From Opitutaceae bacterium (GTDB lineage Bacteria; Verrucomicrobiota; Verrucomicrobiia; Opitutales; Opitutaceae), in the NCBI GenBank assembly GCA_016794625.1, contig JAEUGY010000004.1:13287-77286 (forward strand): a DNA stretch of 64,000 bases, in the 5' to 3' direction. Of the stretch, positions 1 to 9,744 are shown one piece after another. Below the pieces are notes generated by a model, which saw only the letters and a program-made list of their open reading frames with translations, was not told where the DNA came from and did not search any database. The number at the start of each line of letters is the position of its first letter. Position 1 is the stretch's first letter. Both the position numbers and the translations under genes were made by a program.

Positions 1-166
1 CGGCGCCCTCCAGGGATCAACGCGGCCTCATCGAGGCCGCCTACATGGGTTCACCCGCAGGGTGTGCTGGTGCCAAACCCGCGGCCTCGGCGAGGCCGCC
101 TACAACAACAGGGTACCCGAAGGGTTGAAGGATGGAGGGCGTCGCTCCGTCGACGCCGCGGGGACG
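1..166. repeat. Cluster of GC-rich palindromic intergenic repeat modules (REP-like)
   Basis: 1-15 is the tail of the motif GACGGAGCGGCGCCCTCCAGGG. There are two hairpin modules, GCGGCCTC-N3-GAGGCCGCCTACA, at 22-45 and 81-104. The motif GGAGGGCGTCGCTCCGTCGACGCC lies at 134-166. The same modules recur at 9.5, 18.5, 36.2, 54.6 and 59.4 kb. Confidence 0.7.
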
Positions 167-212
167 CACACCGCGATACACCGCCGGGTGGGTGGTCGGG
201 AAATCCGCGGGG

Positions 213-1586
213 TCAGGTGAGCACGGCGCGGATGGCGCGGGAGAGGTGGTCGTCGACCTCCGGGGAACAGAAGGCCACACTCACCTCATACCCTCCCTGG
301 GCGTACGCCGCACGCACGGGCACATACCACGGACCTCCGTCGCCATAGGCCGCCGTCGCGACCCAGCGGGACGGCGTCACCCGCTGCGCCAGCAGCTGGT
401 ATTCAAGAAAGGACTCCGCCGGGAGGTGCAGGAGGGAAACGTCATCCAGCTCCAGGGCACTCACCACCAAGGGCACGCGGCTCTCGACCCGCTCGCGCCA
501 CGACAGCCGCATGGCGGCGATGGTGCGCAACGCCCGTGTCTGCGTGGTGTCCGCCAAGGTCGCCCGAAGAGCGTCGACCGTGAACGCCGGATCGGCCGGG
601 GGCAGGATCTCCGACGTGCGCCACTGCACCCGCCGCAAGGGCCGGGGCGTCAACCCGCGCTCCGACGCCTCCATGCCCGCGTGGATCCGGTCGGTCAGGC
701 GGATCTTCGCCTCGGGCGAACCATTGTTGTACTTGCCCGCCGCGATATTGCCCGCCGCCCCGGTGAAATAAAGGTGGGTGCAGCCCGGCTCCGCCGCCTG
801 CCGCCGCCGGCGGGCGAGGCCGACAAAGTCCGCGCCAACCCGGCCCTTGCCGTAACTGCTCATCGGATGCGTGGCGTAGTAGTGACACGCGACGATCTTC
901 TCGGTCCCGGAATAAAAGGCCACGGTGCGCAGCAGCGGATCGACGAGTCCCTCCGGCAGCGCGATCAGCTCGGCATCGACGCTGGAGCTTCCACGCATGC
1001 GCACCACCTTGCCCGCGGCATCAAAGAGAACGCGGCGGTTCGACGCCACCTGTTCAACCACGGCCTCCCCGCGGGCCACATGGGTGAGCGGCTTCGCCCC
1101 GGCCAGGCAGGCGCGCGCCGCGGATGCCACGCGGTCGACCGCCGTGGCGAAAAACTCGGGATCCATCACACCGAGCTGGTGCTCGAGCGTGAGCGCATGC
1201 GCGCGCAGGCAGACAAAGGGAGCGTCATGCTGATGCACGCACTGCAAGGCCACCCGGTCCGGGGTCGTGCCGACCGCCGCCGCCAGCGCCGTCCGCCAGC
1301 GCACGTGCGCCTCGTTGAGCACCCCGGTCCAGTCCAGCGCGCACACCACGATGGGCCGGCCGGCGCCGAGCAGCACGTAGCCGATGGCCTCCAGCGGATC
1401 GGCCATTTCCTTCATCGGCGTGATCCAGCCGCCGCAGAGGGGATGGCCGATCGGCGTGGTCACATCCGCGCGGAAGGTGGCGATCCGCAGCGGCGCAGAA
1501 GAGTCGGCGGCACGGAGCGGCGACACCAGCGCCGCCCCTCCGAGAACCGTGGCTTGAAGAAAATCGCGGCGCGTGAGCGAGGACAT
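213..1586 (-). CDS. Tat-signal secreted protein of unknown function (possible hydrolase; weak resemblance to the neutral-ceramidase-like N-terminal region)
   Basis: 457-aa ORF. The N-terminus MSSLTRRDFLQATVLGGAALV is a twin-arginine signal. The composition is non-repetitive and protein-like, unlike the overlapping Arg/Gly-rich shadow ORF 132-1634(+). Confidence 0.6.
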   Translation of the reverse strand: MSSLTRRDFLQATVLGGAALVSPLRAADSSAPLRIATFRADVTTPIGHPLCGGWITPMKEMADPLEAIGYVLLGAGRPIVVCALDWTGVLNEAHVRWRTALAAAVGTTPDRVALQCVHQHDAPFVCLRAHALTLEHQLGVMDPEFFATAVDRVASAARACLAGAKPLTHVARGEAVVEQVASNRRVLFDAAGKVVRMRGSSSVDAELIALPEGLVDPLLRTVAFYSGTEKIVACHYYATHPMSSYGKGRVGADFVGLARRRRQAAEPGCTHLYFTGAAGNIAAGKYNNGSPEAKIRLTDRIHAGMEASERGLTPRPLRRVQWRTSEILPPADPAFTVDALRATLADTTQTRALRTIAAMRLSWRERVESRVPLVVSALELDDVSLLHLPAESFLEYQLLAQRVTPSRWVATAAYGDGGPWYVPVRAAYAQGGYEVSVAFCSPEVDDHLSRAIRAVLT

Positions 1587-1678
1587 GGCGTAAACGGAGG
1601 AAGAGATCGGGACAACGGGGCGGGCACACCCTGACGGGGCAACGCGGTCTTGTCGACCCCCGAGGACGTCCCTCGCGC

Positions 1679-4600
1679 TCAGCCCTGCAAGCCTTCGATG
1701 AAACTCAGGAGATCCGCCATGGCCTGTGCATCCAGTCCCTGCTCCAGCCCTTCCGGCATGAGACTCTTGCCCTCGGAGGAGGTGCCCTTGATCTGCGCCC
1801 GGGCGAGGGAGACCTGGGTGCCTCCCATCAGGGTGAGCGCCACGCCCGTGGCATCGTCGCGACTGATGAGCCCGACCATCGTGGCACCTTCCTGGGTCGA
1901 AACGGTGTAGGCCACATAGGCCGGCACGACCTCACGGTGCGGATCGACAATGGCCGCCAGCAGCCCCTCGCGTCCCCGCGTTTTCACCGTCACGAGATCA
2001 GGCCCCACCGCCATTCCGCGGCCCTCCGCCCGGTGACACACGAGACAGCGTTGCTCGTAGATCTCCCTCCCCTTGTCCGTGCGCCCGGACAAGGCCAGGG
2101 CCGGACGGAAGGAAGCCACCACGGCCTCGCGCGACACCGGACGCGTCGCCGCCAGCAATCGCCGGGCCCGCTCCGCCACCGGAGCGTTGGGATGACTCCA
2201 GAGCGCCTCGCGCTCGGCCGCCCCCAAGTCCGCTAGGGCCACGTCCCCGGACTCCAAGGACGCGAGCAGCAGGAGACTGCGCTCAGGCCGCGCCAGCATC
2301 CGGTTCAGCGCGGCGGATCGCGCCGCGGGTTTCAACCCCACCCAACGCGTCAAGGGCAGCCGTGCCGCCTCGTCGTTGGAAAACCGTGCGATCAGTTCGA
2401 TCGCCGCCACCTGCACCCGCTCGGTCGCGCCCGGCGCGCTGCCGGCGGACGCGGCCGCACGAGCCACGGTCCACGGGGCCAGCCCGAGCACACCCAGGTA
2501 TTCCACGCGTTCTGCGTCGCTCTTGTCCGCCGCCATCACCGCCGCCGTGGCGCGCTGAAACAACGGAGCGAACAGGGCTTCGTCCTCCGGACCGGCCAGC
2601 AGCGCCGTACCCGCGCGTTTGAATCCTTCCTGCAACGCCTGCAGCCACTCCACCCGGGGTCGGCCCTGCAGCACCGCGGTGCGCAGCGCACGCCCCAGCT
2701 TCGGGGACGAGTCCGCCGCCGCCACGGTTTCGAGCAACGAGGCCACCCAAGCGGGAGGCAGCGCCGCGAGGTCGCGTTCCAGGGCGAAGAAGAGCCCGGC
2801 GTCCGCGCCATGCAACAGCGCAGCGCCCAGCCAGCGATCCGCCGCGTCCACGCGGGCCTGGGAGGACATCAACCGAACGCGCAACGCGGGCTCCAGGTAG
2901 TGGGTGGCCAGGTACGCATGGAACCGGACCCGGGGATGGGCGTCCGAGGTGCACCCGGCGACAGCCGCCGCCACGTCGGGAGCGAGCCGGACGGGTGACG
3001 CCGGGACGGTTCGGACCCGCGCCTGGCGAAGCACCGCCGTCAGCGCCCGTTCCCGCACGCCGGCATCGAGATCGCTCAACGCGGCGACCAGGCTGGCGTC
3101 GTCAAGCGCCTGCAGCCCCTCCAGCGCGGCGAGGGCATGGGCGCGCGCCACCGGCGTCACTCCGGAGCGTCGCAGCAGAGCGCGCAGGGGCTCCACCGCC
3201 GCCGCATCCTGGCGCTCGTACAGCAGCCGGCCGGCGGTGTCCCGGTGCCAGCCGTTCGGGTGGGACAGCAACGCCACCAGGTCGGCGGTCGCAGCCCGGT
3301 CGAGCGCCACCGACGTGCGCCGCACCCAGGACGGATCGTCAGGGACGACCCGATACAGGCGTCCGCGTTCGCGACCGGAGGTGAGGTCGAGGTGTTTCTT
3401 GATCGCCTCGGGAATGCTCCACGGGTGCTCGATCACCTCGCGGTACATGTCGCACACATACAACGCGCCATCGGGCGCGTTGGCAAAGGACACGACCCGC
3501 ACCCAGGGATCCGTGCTGGCGGCAAACTCGCGGCCCGTTTCGCCGGGTGCCCGGCGGCCGACGAAGCTGACGCCGTCGGGGGTCAGCACCTTGCGGTGCA
3601 CCAGTTGTCCACCGGCATCTCCGGTGAAGGTTGAAACAGGAAACTCCGGCCCAAACGCGTCGCCGCGGTACACCGTGGTGCCCGTGGCGCCGGTGAAGTA
3701 CCCCGAGACGCGTCCGCCGCCCTCCACCAGGCCCGCCACCACGCCGCCGACCCGCCAGCGGGTGCGCACAATGCGCCACGGCTCGTCGGGGCTGATCCGG
3801 AACACCTCGGCCGCGCCGCCATCGGCTGCGATGCTGGTGCGGGGCGCCGGCAGGGCGAAGGCGGAGCCGGGCGGCACGAGGGTGTCATCGTAAACAAAGA
3901 GCTGCAGGTGGTCGCTGTTGCTGCAGGCAAAGCGACGTCCCCAGGAATCGAAACTCATGCCGTATTGGGCGCCCCCGGCGTCGACCCCAAACTCGCGGGT
4001 GCGCGGATCGAACCAAAAGTCCTTTCCACCCAGTTCAACGCCGGGGAGGTCGGGTCGGGTGGGACACGTGATCACGCCGCGATTGCCCCCGCCGGTTTGC
4101 AGGTGGATGCGGTTGTCGAGTCCCCACGTGGCCGAGTTTAGCAGGGTTTGCACGTTCAGTCGGGCGAGTCCGGTGCCAAAGCCCGTAAACGCCACCTCGC
4201 GGCGATCAGCCACGCCGTCGTCATCCGCATCGGCGAGGAACATCACATCCGGCGTCGAGGCGACATAGACCCCGCCACCCGCACAGATCACCGCCGTTGG
4301 CCAGGCGAGCTGGTCGGCAAACAGCGTGCTGGTCTCATACCGACCGTCGCCATCGCGGTCCTCCAGCCGGGAAATGCGACCCAGATGCGGGGTGACGTCC
4401 CGCTGCTCCGGGTAGTCCACCATTTCGCAAACGAACATCCTTCCCCGTGCATCAAACGCCACCGCGATGGGCGATCGCACCTGCGGCTCGTGCGCCGCCA
4501 GCTGCAAGGCAAACCCCGGACGCACCTGCCACGTGGCCAGCGCAGCGGAAGGTTCGGTTGGGTCGACCCGAGGAAGCTCGCGCGCCGGGTCCAGGCTCGG

Positions 4601-4705
4601 TGGTGGTTTGGACCCGGCCGGGACCGCCACCGCTCCACGGATCGAGGCCCCTCCGCAGGTCGCAAGGAACGTCAGCGTCAGCCAAAGAGAAAGGCGCAGG
4701 GTCAT
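1679..4705 (-). CDS. PVC-type heme-binding CxxCH protein (membrane-bound dehydrogenase-like beta-propeller + HEAT-like repeats + C-terminal cytochrome c)
   Basis: 1008-aa ORF with an N-terminal signal peptide. The propeller-like region contains FVCEMVDYPE and ALYVCDMYREVIEHP. A long Ala/Leu helical repeat region follows. The C-terminal heme motif is CLVCHRAEG, with a downstream SLMPEGL Met ligand region. Confidence 0.85.
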   Translation of the reverse strand: MTLRLSLWLTLTFLATCGGASIRGAVAVPAGSKPPPSLDPARELPRVDPTEPSAALATWQVRPGFALQLAAHEPQVRSPIAVAFDARGRMFVCEMVDYPEQRDVTPHLGRISRLEDRDGDGRYETSTLFADQLAWPTAVICAGGGVYVASTPDVMFLADADDDGVADRREVAFTGFGTGLARLNVQTLLNSATWGLDNRIHLQTGGGNRGVITCPTRPDLPGVELGGKDFWFDPRTREFGVDAGGAQYGMSFDSWGRRFACSNSDHLQLFVYDDTLVPPGSAFALPAPRTSIAADGGAAEVFRISPDEPWRIVRTRWRVGGVVAGLVEGGGRVSGYFTGATGTTVYRGDAFGPEFPVSTFTGDAGGQLVHRKVLTPDGVSFVGRRAPGETGREFAASTDPWVRVVSFANAPDGALYVCDMYREVIEHPWSIPEAIKKHLDLTSGRERGRLYRVVPDDPSWVRRTSVALDRAATADLVALLSHPNGWHRDTAGRLLYERQDAAAVEPLRALLRRSGVTPVARAHALAALEGLQALDDASLVAALSDLDAGVRERALTAVLRQARVRTVPASPVRLAPDVAAAVAGCTSDAHPRVRFHAYLATHYLEPALRVRLMSSQARVDAADRWLGAALLHGADAGLFFALERDLAALPPAWVASLLETVAAADSSPKLGRALRTAVLQGRPRVEWLQALQEGFKRAGTALLAGPEDEALFAPLFQRATAAVMAADKSDAERVEYLGVLGLAPWTVARAAASAGSAPGATERVQVAAIELIARFSNDEAARLPLTRWVGLKPAARSAALNRMLARPERSLLLLASLESGDVALADLGAAEREALWSHPNAPVAERARRLLAATRPVSREAVVASFRPALALSGRTDKGREIYEQRCLVCHRAEGRGMAVGPDLVTVKTRGREGLLAAIVDPHREVVPAYVAYTVSTQEGATMVGLISRDDATGVALTLMGGTQVSLARAQIKGTSSEGKSLMPEGLEQGLDAQAMADLLSFIEGLQG

Positions 4706-4891
4706 GGGGAGAGGCCGGACCCTAGCCGGGACGCCCCCCCACGGCCAAGACTCGAATCACGCGGACGCGATTTCCCGCAGCCCGGGGCGGACGACCGGGC
4801 CGAAGACGCCCGACCGCTGATCACCCGACAACGAAAGAATCCGCCGCCGCGCTTTCTTTTCCGGCCGGTTCGAGTACGGTTCCGCCGAACC

Positions 4892-5170
4892 ATGTTTGCG
4901 AACCTGCTCCACCTGTTCACGCGATCCAGCGCGTCTGTCCGCGACTATGATCGTGCGTTTGTCCAGGACGTGGCGGTGCAAGCCGTTGAACCGCGGAGCC
5001 GTCGGGTGGAGCGCGCCCTGCTCATCGGTTGGATTCTGATTGTCATCAAGTGCCTGTTGACCGCGTGGGCGGTGTCGCACTACCACCTGCCGATCCGCGC
5101 CTCGTGGATCATCCTGCCGACGATCGCCATGGCCGCCGCCTGCACGGTGATCTACCTGCGTCGGCCGTAA
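4892..5170 (+). CDS. Small two-helix membrane protein (hypothetical)
   Basis: ATG at 4892 lies inside ORF 4148-5170. Only this last 92-aa part is free of overlap with the 1679-4705 gene. It has two hydrophobic helices, LLIGWILIVIKCLLTAWAV and WIILPTIAMAAACTVIYL. Confidence 0.4.
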   Translation: MFANLLHLFTRSSASVRDYDRAFVQDVAVQAVEPRSRRVERALLIGWILIVIKCLLTAWAVSHYHLPIRASWIILPTIAMAAACTVIYLRRP

Positions 5171-5363
5171 CCTGGACAGCGCCCCGCTGCGAGAGCACGG
5201 GAAAAATCTCGCTCGCGGAACGTCTGACGCTCCGGCCCGGACGCCGGCCAACGTTGCAAAGTGCAACGCTGACAAGTGACGATTCCTTTTCCAGCCTCGG
5301 TCCACCTCGGGCTCCGCGGCTGGCGCCCGGGCCCACCGACTCGTTCGTCTCCTGTCTTTATTC

Positions 5364-7883
5364 ATGTCCACGTCGCCTTCCTCTTCCAAACGCCGGATCC
5401 GGATTCTCGGCTTCTCCTTTTGCGCGGTGGCCATCGTCGTGCTTGGGGTGTTTCTCTGGATCTGGATGCGGTTCCAATCGAGCCTGCCGCAGTTGGAGGG
5501 CACGGCGGTGGTCACCGGGCTGAGCGGAACGGTCACGGTGGAACGGGACGCGACGGGCATCGTCACGGTGCAGGGCCCGACCCGTCTCGACGTCGCCCGC
5601 GGCCTTGGCTACGCCCACGGGCAGGATCGATTCTTCCAGATGGACCTCCTGCGACGACGGGCTGCGGGCGAGATCGCTGAGCTCTTCGGTCCGGCCGCGC
5701 TGCCCTTGGATCGCGGCGTGCGCATGCACGAGCTGCGCCGCCTTTCGCAGCAGGTGGTGCAACGCCTGACGCCCACGGAACGCGACCAGCTCGAGGCCTA
5801 CGCCGCCGGCGTCAATGCCGCCCTGCAAAACGAGGGACGCCCCTGGGAGTACGAGGTCCTGCGCGTCGACCCGCGGCCGTGGTCACCGGAAGACAGCACG
5901 CTCTGTCTCTACGCCATGGCCCTGGACCTGCAGGACGAGACCGGCAGCTATGAGCATCACCTGGTGACCCTGCGCGACGTGCTCGGCCCGGCGCCCTACG
6001 CCTTTTTTGCCCCGCTCATCGGGCCCGCCGACGCCGCACTCGACGGCTCGACCGCGCCGCTGGCGCCGATTCCCTCCGCCCGCGCGATCAATCTCCGCAG
6101 CGGGGCGTCGGCCGCGGCCTCCGCGAGGCCGCCGACAACGGGCCGGACCCTCGATCCGCGGGGCGGCGCCGCGGAGGAGCCCCTGTTCGCCGAGTACGAT
6201 GCAGGGGCGATTCCGGACATCCGGCCGGGATCGAACAGCTTTGGGCTCGCCGGCATTCCCGGCCAACGCCCCGCCGTGCTGCAAAACGACATGCACCTCG
6301 GCCTGAGCGTACCCACCGTGTGGTACCGGGCGCGACTGCGCTGGCCCCGCACGGACGATCCCACCCGGTTTCACGAGATCAACGGAATCACCCTGCCCGG
6401 CGGTCCGGCCGTGGTGGTGGGGAGCAACGGTTCGATCGCGTGGGGATTCACCAACAGCTACGCCGACACCGGTGATCTCGTGCTCGTCCAGCCGGACGCC
6501 GTGCTGCCGGACCAACTCTACGGCGAAGGCACCCGCCCCCGCGAGTTCGAGGTGCGAACGCAGAGCATCAAGGTCAAGGGAAAGCCCGACGAGGTCATCT
6601 CCACCCGCTGGACCGTGTGGGGTCCGGTCATCGGTGAGACGACCCGCAAGCGGCCCCTCGCGCTCAAATGGACGATGCACGATCCCGCGGCCGCCAACTT
6701 CCGGCTGATGAACCTGGAGACCGCCACGACCGTGCCCGAAGCGATCACGATTGCGCACGAGATGGGCATCCCCGCGTTGAATTTTCTCGTCGCCGATCGC
6801 GAAGGCCGGCTGGCCTGGACCATCGCCGGCCAGCTGCCCAACCGGTTTGGTCATGACGGCCGCCAGCCGGTGCCCTGGGCCTTTGGCGACCGCGGCTGGC
6901 GGGGGTTCCTGCCCGGCGCGGAGGTCCCGGTGATCCACGCCGAGCCCGGAGCCCCCCTCTGGAGCGGCAACCAGCGCAAGCTTGGAGGCGAGGCTCTCCG
7001 GAAACTGGGCGACGGCGGCTACGAGGCGCCGCCGCGGGCCGCGCGTATTCGCGATCTCATGACCGAGCTGGCCGCCCGCCCTGCCGACCGTCCGCCGACT
7101 CCGGCCGACCTGCTCGCGGTGGCCCTCGACACCCGCAGCCTGCTGCTCGACCGCTGGCAGCAGCGCCTGCTTCAGGTCCTCTCCCCCGAAGCGCTCGCCG
7201 GCCGGCCCGAACGCGCCGCCCTGCGCCGGCAGGTGGAGACCTGGCAGGGTCGCGCCGACGTCTCCTCCACCAGCTACCCGCTCGTGCGACACTGGCGGCT
7301 GCGGGTGGCCGCCCGCGCACTGGAACCGATCTTCGCCCCCTGCGTCGACGCCTGGCCGGGCTTCAACTACCGCGCGCTGCCGCTGGAACACCCACTGTGG
7401 ACCCTGCTGGAGGAAAAACCGCTGCACCTGCTCGCGCCGGACTATGCCTCCTGGGACGCGCTGCTGCTGGCGGCGGCCGACGATGTGATGGCGGACTTGG
7501 AAAAACGCGGAACACGTCCCGAACAGGCCACGTGGGGACAGCGCAACACGCTGCGCATGCGCCATCCGTTCAGCCGCGTCCTGCCGTCCTGGATCAGCCC
7601 CTACCTCGACATGCCGGCCCAGCCGATGCCCGGCGACTCCCATCTGCCCCGGGCGCAGTCGCCGACCGACGGCGCCAGCGAACGTTTCGCCGTCACCCCG
7701 GGCCGGGAGAACGAAGGCATCCTGCACATGCCGGGCGGTCAGAGCGGGCACCCGCTCTCGCCCTTCTACCGGGCGGGGCACGACGCCTGGGTCAAGGGCG
7801 AGCCGACCCCGCTGCTGCCGGGCAAGACGCTGCACACGCTCACGCTCACCCCGGCGGCCCCAACGGCCCCTGCCGCCCGGTAG
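5364..7883 (+). CDS. Penicillin acylase family Ntn-hydrolase (possible acyl-homoserine-lactone / beta-lactam acylase)
   Basis: 839-aa ORF with an N-terminal signal anchor. The beta-subunit N-terminal nucleophile context is PGSNSFGLAG. Length and layout are typical of PvdQ/QuiP-like acylases. Confidence 0.8.
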   Translation: MSTSPSSSKRRIRILGFSFCAVAIVVLGVFLWIWMRFQSSLPQLEGTAVVTGLSGTVTVERDATGIVTVQGPTRLDVARGLGYAHGQDRFFQMDLLRRRAAGEIAELFGPAALPLDRGVRMHELRRLSQQVVQRLTPTERDQLEAYAAGVNAALQNEGRPWEYEVLRVDPRPWSPEDSTLCLYAMALDLQDETGSYEHHLVTLRDVLGPAPYAFFAPLIGPADAALDGSTAPLAPIPSARAINLRSGASAAASARPPTTGRTLDPRGGAAEEPLFAEYDAGAIPDIRPGSNSFGLAGIPGQRPAVLQNDMHLGLSVPTVWYRARLRWPRTDDPTRFHEINGITLPGGPAVVVGSNGSIAWGFTNSYADTGDLVLVQPDAVLPDQLYGEGTRPREFEVRTQSIKVKGKPDEVISTRWTVWGPVIGETTRKRPLALKWTMHDPAAANFRLMNLETATTVPEAITIAHEMGIPALNFLVADREGRLAWTIAGQLPNRFGHDGRQPVPWAFGDRGWRGFLPGAEVPVIHAEPGAPLWSGNQRKLGGEALRKLGDGGYEAPPRAARIRDLMTELAARPADRPPTPADLLAVALDTRSLLLDRWQQRLLQVLSPEALAGRPERAALRRQVETWQGRADVSSTSYPLVRHWRLRVAARALEPIFAPCVDAWPGFNYRALPLEHPLWTLLEEKPLHLLAPDYASWDALLLAAADDVMADLEKRGTRPEQATWGQRNTLRMRHPFSRVLPSWISPYLDMPAQPMPGDSHLPRAQSPTDGASERFAVTPGRENEGILHMPGGQSGHPLSPFYRAGHDAWVKGEPTPLLPGKTLHTLTLTPAAPTAPAAR

Positions 7884-7999
7884 CGCTCCGGGGGACGCGC
7901 GCCCTCCCGGTCCCGATCGCCCGATCTGGCCTTGCCCTTGTCCTCGCCGCGGGCCTTGTTCTCCCCCGTCGTGCACCGCTCACCGTCGAGCCGTTCCGG

Positions 8000-8704
8000 A
8001 TGAAAACCAAAAACAAGAGCTACTCCGTCTATTTCGCCAGCGAGCTCTTCAGCGTCAAACACCTGATCGGAAACGCCTACCTTGCGGAGGCGATCTACGA
8101 GCGTTCGCACGGACGGTTCCTTTGCCGGCTGCCCCAGGACTTCGAATTGCAGGGCAAACACCCGCAGACCATCCGCGACCAGGACATCCGGGCGCTGCTC
8201 GACAGCGATCTCGCCGTGTTCAGCTTTGACGGCACCGAGCTGGACAGCGGCACGGTCGTCGAGTTCATGTTCGCCAAGTTTGCCGACATCCCCGCGGTCG
8301 TCCTGCGCAGTGACCCACGCGGCGCCGGCAGTCACCGCCGGGGAAACCCGTGGAACCTGATGGCGAGCTACTACCCGCGCACCGCCCTGGTGTCCGTGGA
8401 GAGCCTGGTGCATTACCGCACCCTGCGCAGCCGCCGCGGCATGAGCCGCCCGGCCGACCCGGTTGTGCACCTCGCCGGCCAGCACGCCACGGCCACCGCC
8501 GCGGTCATCTGCGACCAGCTCGCCGACGGCGTCGTGCGGGCCTTGAACAAGGTGCTCGCGCTCGAACCGGTCATGCCCCGCCACCTCCAGGAGGAGGTCT
8601 ACCACTGGCTCTCCCGCATGCCCGGCCTGCGCGGCAAGGAAAAGGCGCTGCGCAAGGAGCTGGAGCGGGCCCTCGAGCGCAAGGTCGACCGCGGTCTCCT
8701 CTAG
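8000..8704 (+). CDS. Nucleoside 2-deoxyribosyltransferase-like protein
   Basis: Internal ATG at 8000 of ORF 7397-8704; the upstream part overlaps the acylase gene. Family-like motifs are SVYFASELFS and FDGTELDSGTVVEFMFA. Confidence 0.65.
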   Translation: MKTKNKSYSVYFASELFSVKHLIGNAYLAEAIYERSHGRFLCRLPQDFELQGKHPQTIRDQDIRALLDSDLAVFSFDGTELDSGTVVEFMFAKFADIPAVVLRSDPRGAGSHRRGNPWNLMASYYPRTALVSVESLVHYRTLRSRRGMSRPADPVVHLAGQHATATAAVICDQLADGVVRALNKVLALEPVMPRHLQEEVYHWLSRMPGLRGKEKALRKELERALERKVDRGLL

Positions 8705-8742
8705 CCGGATACGCCGGCCACTCTCTTCCTTCTCCGCCTCCG

Positions 8743-9357
8743 ATGCTCCACGTACTCAACCATCCCCTGGGCGCGCATACGATCACCCATCTGCGCGACC
8801 AGACGACCAAGCCGGCCTTGTTCCGCACGCTTTCCTACCAGATCAGTCTGCTGCTCGCCCTCGAGGCGACGCGCGACCTGCCCACGCGCACCCTCGCGGT
8901 GCAGACGCCGCTGGAACCGGTCGCGAGCCAGGTGCTCGATCAGCCTCTCGTGGTGGTGCCAATCCTGCGGGCCGGGCTGGGCATGGTGCAGCCCTTCACC
9001 GACCTATTTCCCGATGTGAGCGTCGGCTACATCGGTCTGGAGCGCGACCATGCCACCGCGGTGGCGCGCAGCTACTATTGCAAGCTGCCTCTGCTGGAGG
9101 GCCGCCGTATCCTCGTGGTCGATCCCATGCTCGCCACCGGTGGCAGCGCCGTGCAGGCCCTGTCGGTGATCAAGGAACGGGGCGGACGCGAGCTGCGCCT
9201 GATCTGCATCGTGAGTTCGCCCGAGGGCGTGGCCGCCGTGGAGGAGGCCCACCCCGACGTTCCTATCTACACCGCCGCCCACGACCGCGAATTGAACTCC
9301 CGCAAGTACATCCTGCCCGGTCTCGGCGACTTCGGCGACCGCCTCTACGGGACGTGA
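8743..9357 (+). CDS. upp: Uracil phosphoribosyltransferase
   Basis: ATG at 8743 within ORF 8350-9357. The 204-aa product contains VVVPILRAGLGM, the PRPP-binding loop ILVVDPMLATGGSA, and the C-terminal YILPGLGDFGDRLYGT. Confidence 0.9.
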   Translation: MLHVLNHPLGAHTITHLRDQTTKPALFRTLSYQISLLLALEATRDLPTRTLAVQTPLEPVASQVLDQPLVVVPILRAGLGMVQPFTDLFPDVSVGYIGLERDHATAVARSYYCKLPLLEGRRILVVDPMLATGGSAVQALSVIKERGGRELRLICIVSSPEGVAAVEEAHPDVPIYTAAHDRELNSRKYILPGLGDFGDRLYGT

Positions 9358-9480
9358 GCGGCGCGGAGCGCGCCGAAGGGCGAAGAGCGAAACGTGAAAG
9401 GCCGGATGTGCCTCACCTCCGAGTGTAGGGCTGCCCCTGGCGGGCACGCCTCGCGTCGAACGCCCGATCGACCCCAAAGC

Positions 9481-9563
9481 CGGTTGCGCGTTGCGTTGAC
9501 CAAGAGCGTACGGACGCAGGGTTGCAGGGTTCGTCCCCCGGCGTCGACGGAGCGACGCCCTCC
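9481..9563 (-). repeat. One-ended copy of the MITE-like element
   Basis: The reverse complement of 9481-9563 aligns to 36203-36285 with 5 mismatches in 83 nt by my hand alignment. It includes the terminal motif GGAGGGCGTCGCTCCGTCGACGCCGGGGGACG. Confidence 0.75.
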
Positions 9564-9744
9564 ACCCGAACTAATCTGGCATAGCTTCAGTCGAACGGAG
9601 GGCTCCCCTTGTTTCTTGTGCTAGCGCTTATGCGTCGGCGACCCCGCCTCTAGCGGGCGCGTGAGGCCGGCCTCACGGCAAAATACGCCCATGCCTCGTC
9701 AAGCCATGCGGAGCAGCAGAGATCCTTCCGGGGCATACTGGGGC

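Noticed and set aside
4148-4891. The upstream 248 aa of ORF 4148-5170(+), as a possible 340-aa protein.
   Set aside because: This part lies antisense within the well-supported 1679-4705 heme-binding dehydrogenase gene and is Arg-rich low complexity. Only the non-overlapping 92-aa membrane-protein-like tail (4892-5170) was kept, with low confidence.
7397-7999. Long N-terminal extensions of several ORFs: 7397-8704, 8350-9357, 14341-15363, 18663-19994, 34288-35703, 39704-42589 and 51809-54505.
   Set aside because: The extensions overlap the neighbouring upstream genes, are Arg/Pro/Gly-rich, and precede an internal ATG where the recognisable family sequence or signal peptide begins. I used the internal starts. 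Exact starts remain unverified.
9661-9676. Perfect 16-bp palindrome GTGAGGCCGGCCTCAC just upstream of hemN, a possible operator for anaerobic regulation.
   Set aside because: It does not resemble an FNR/CRP-type box (TTGAT-N4-ATCAA). It shares the GAGGCC core with the REP-like hairpins scattered through the window, so it is more likely another member of that repeat class. It may also lie inside the hemN ORF if the GTG at 9661 is the true start.
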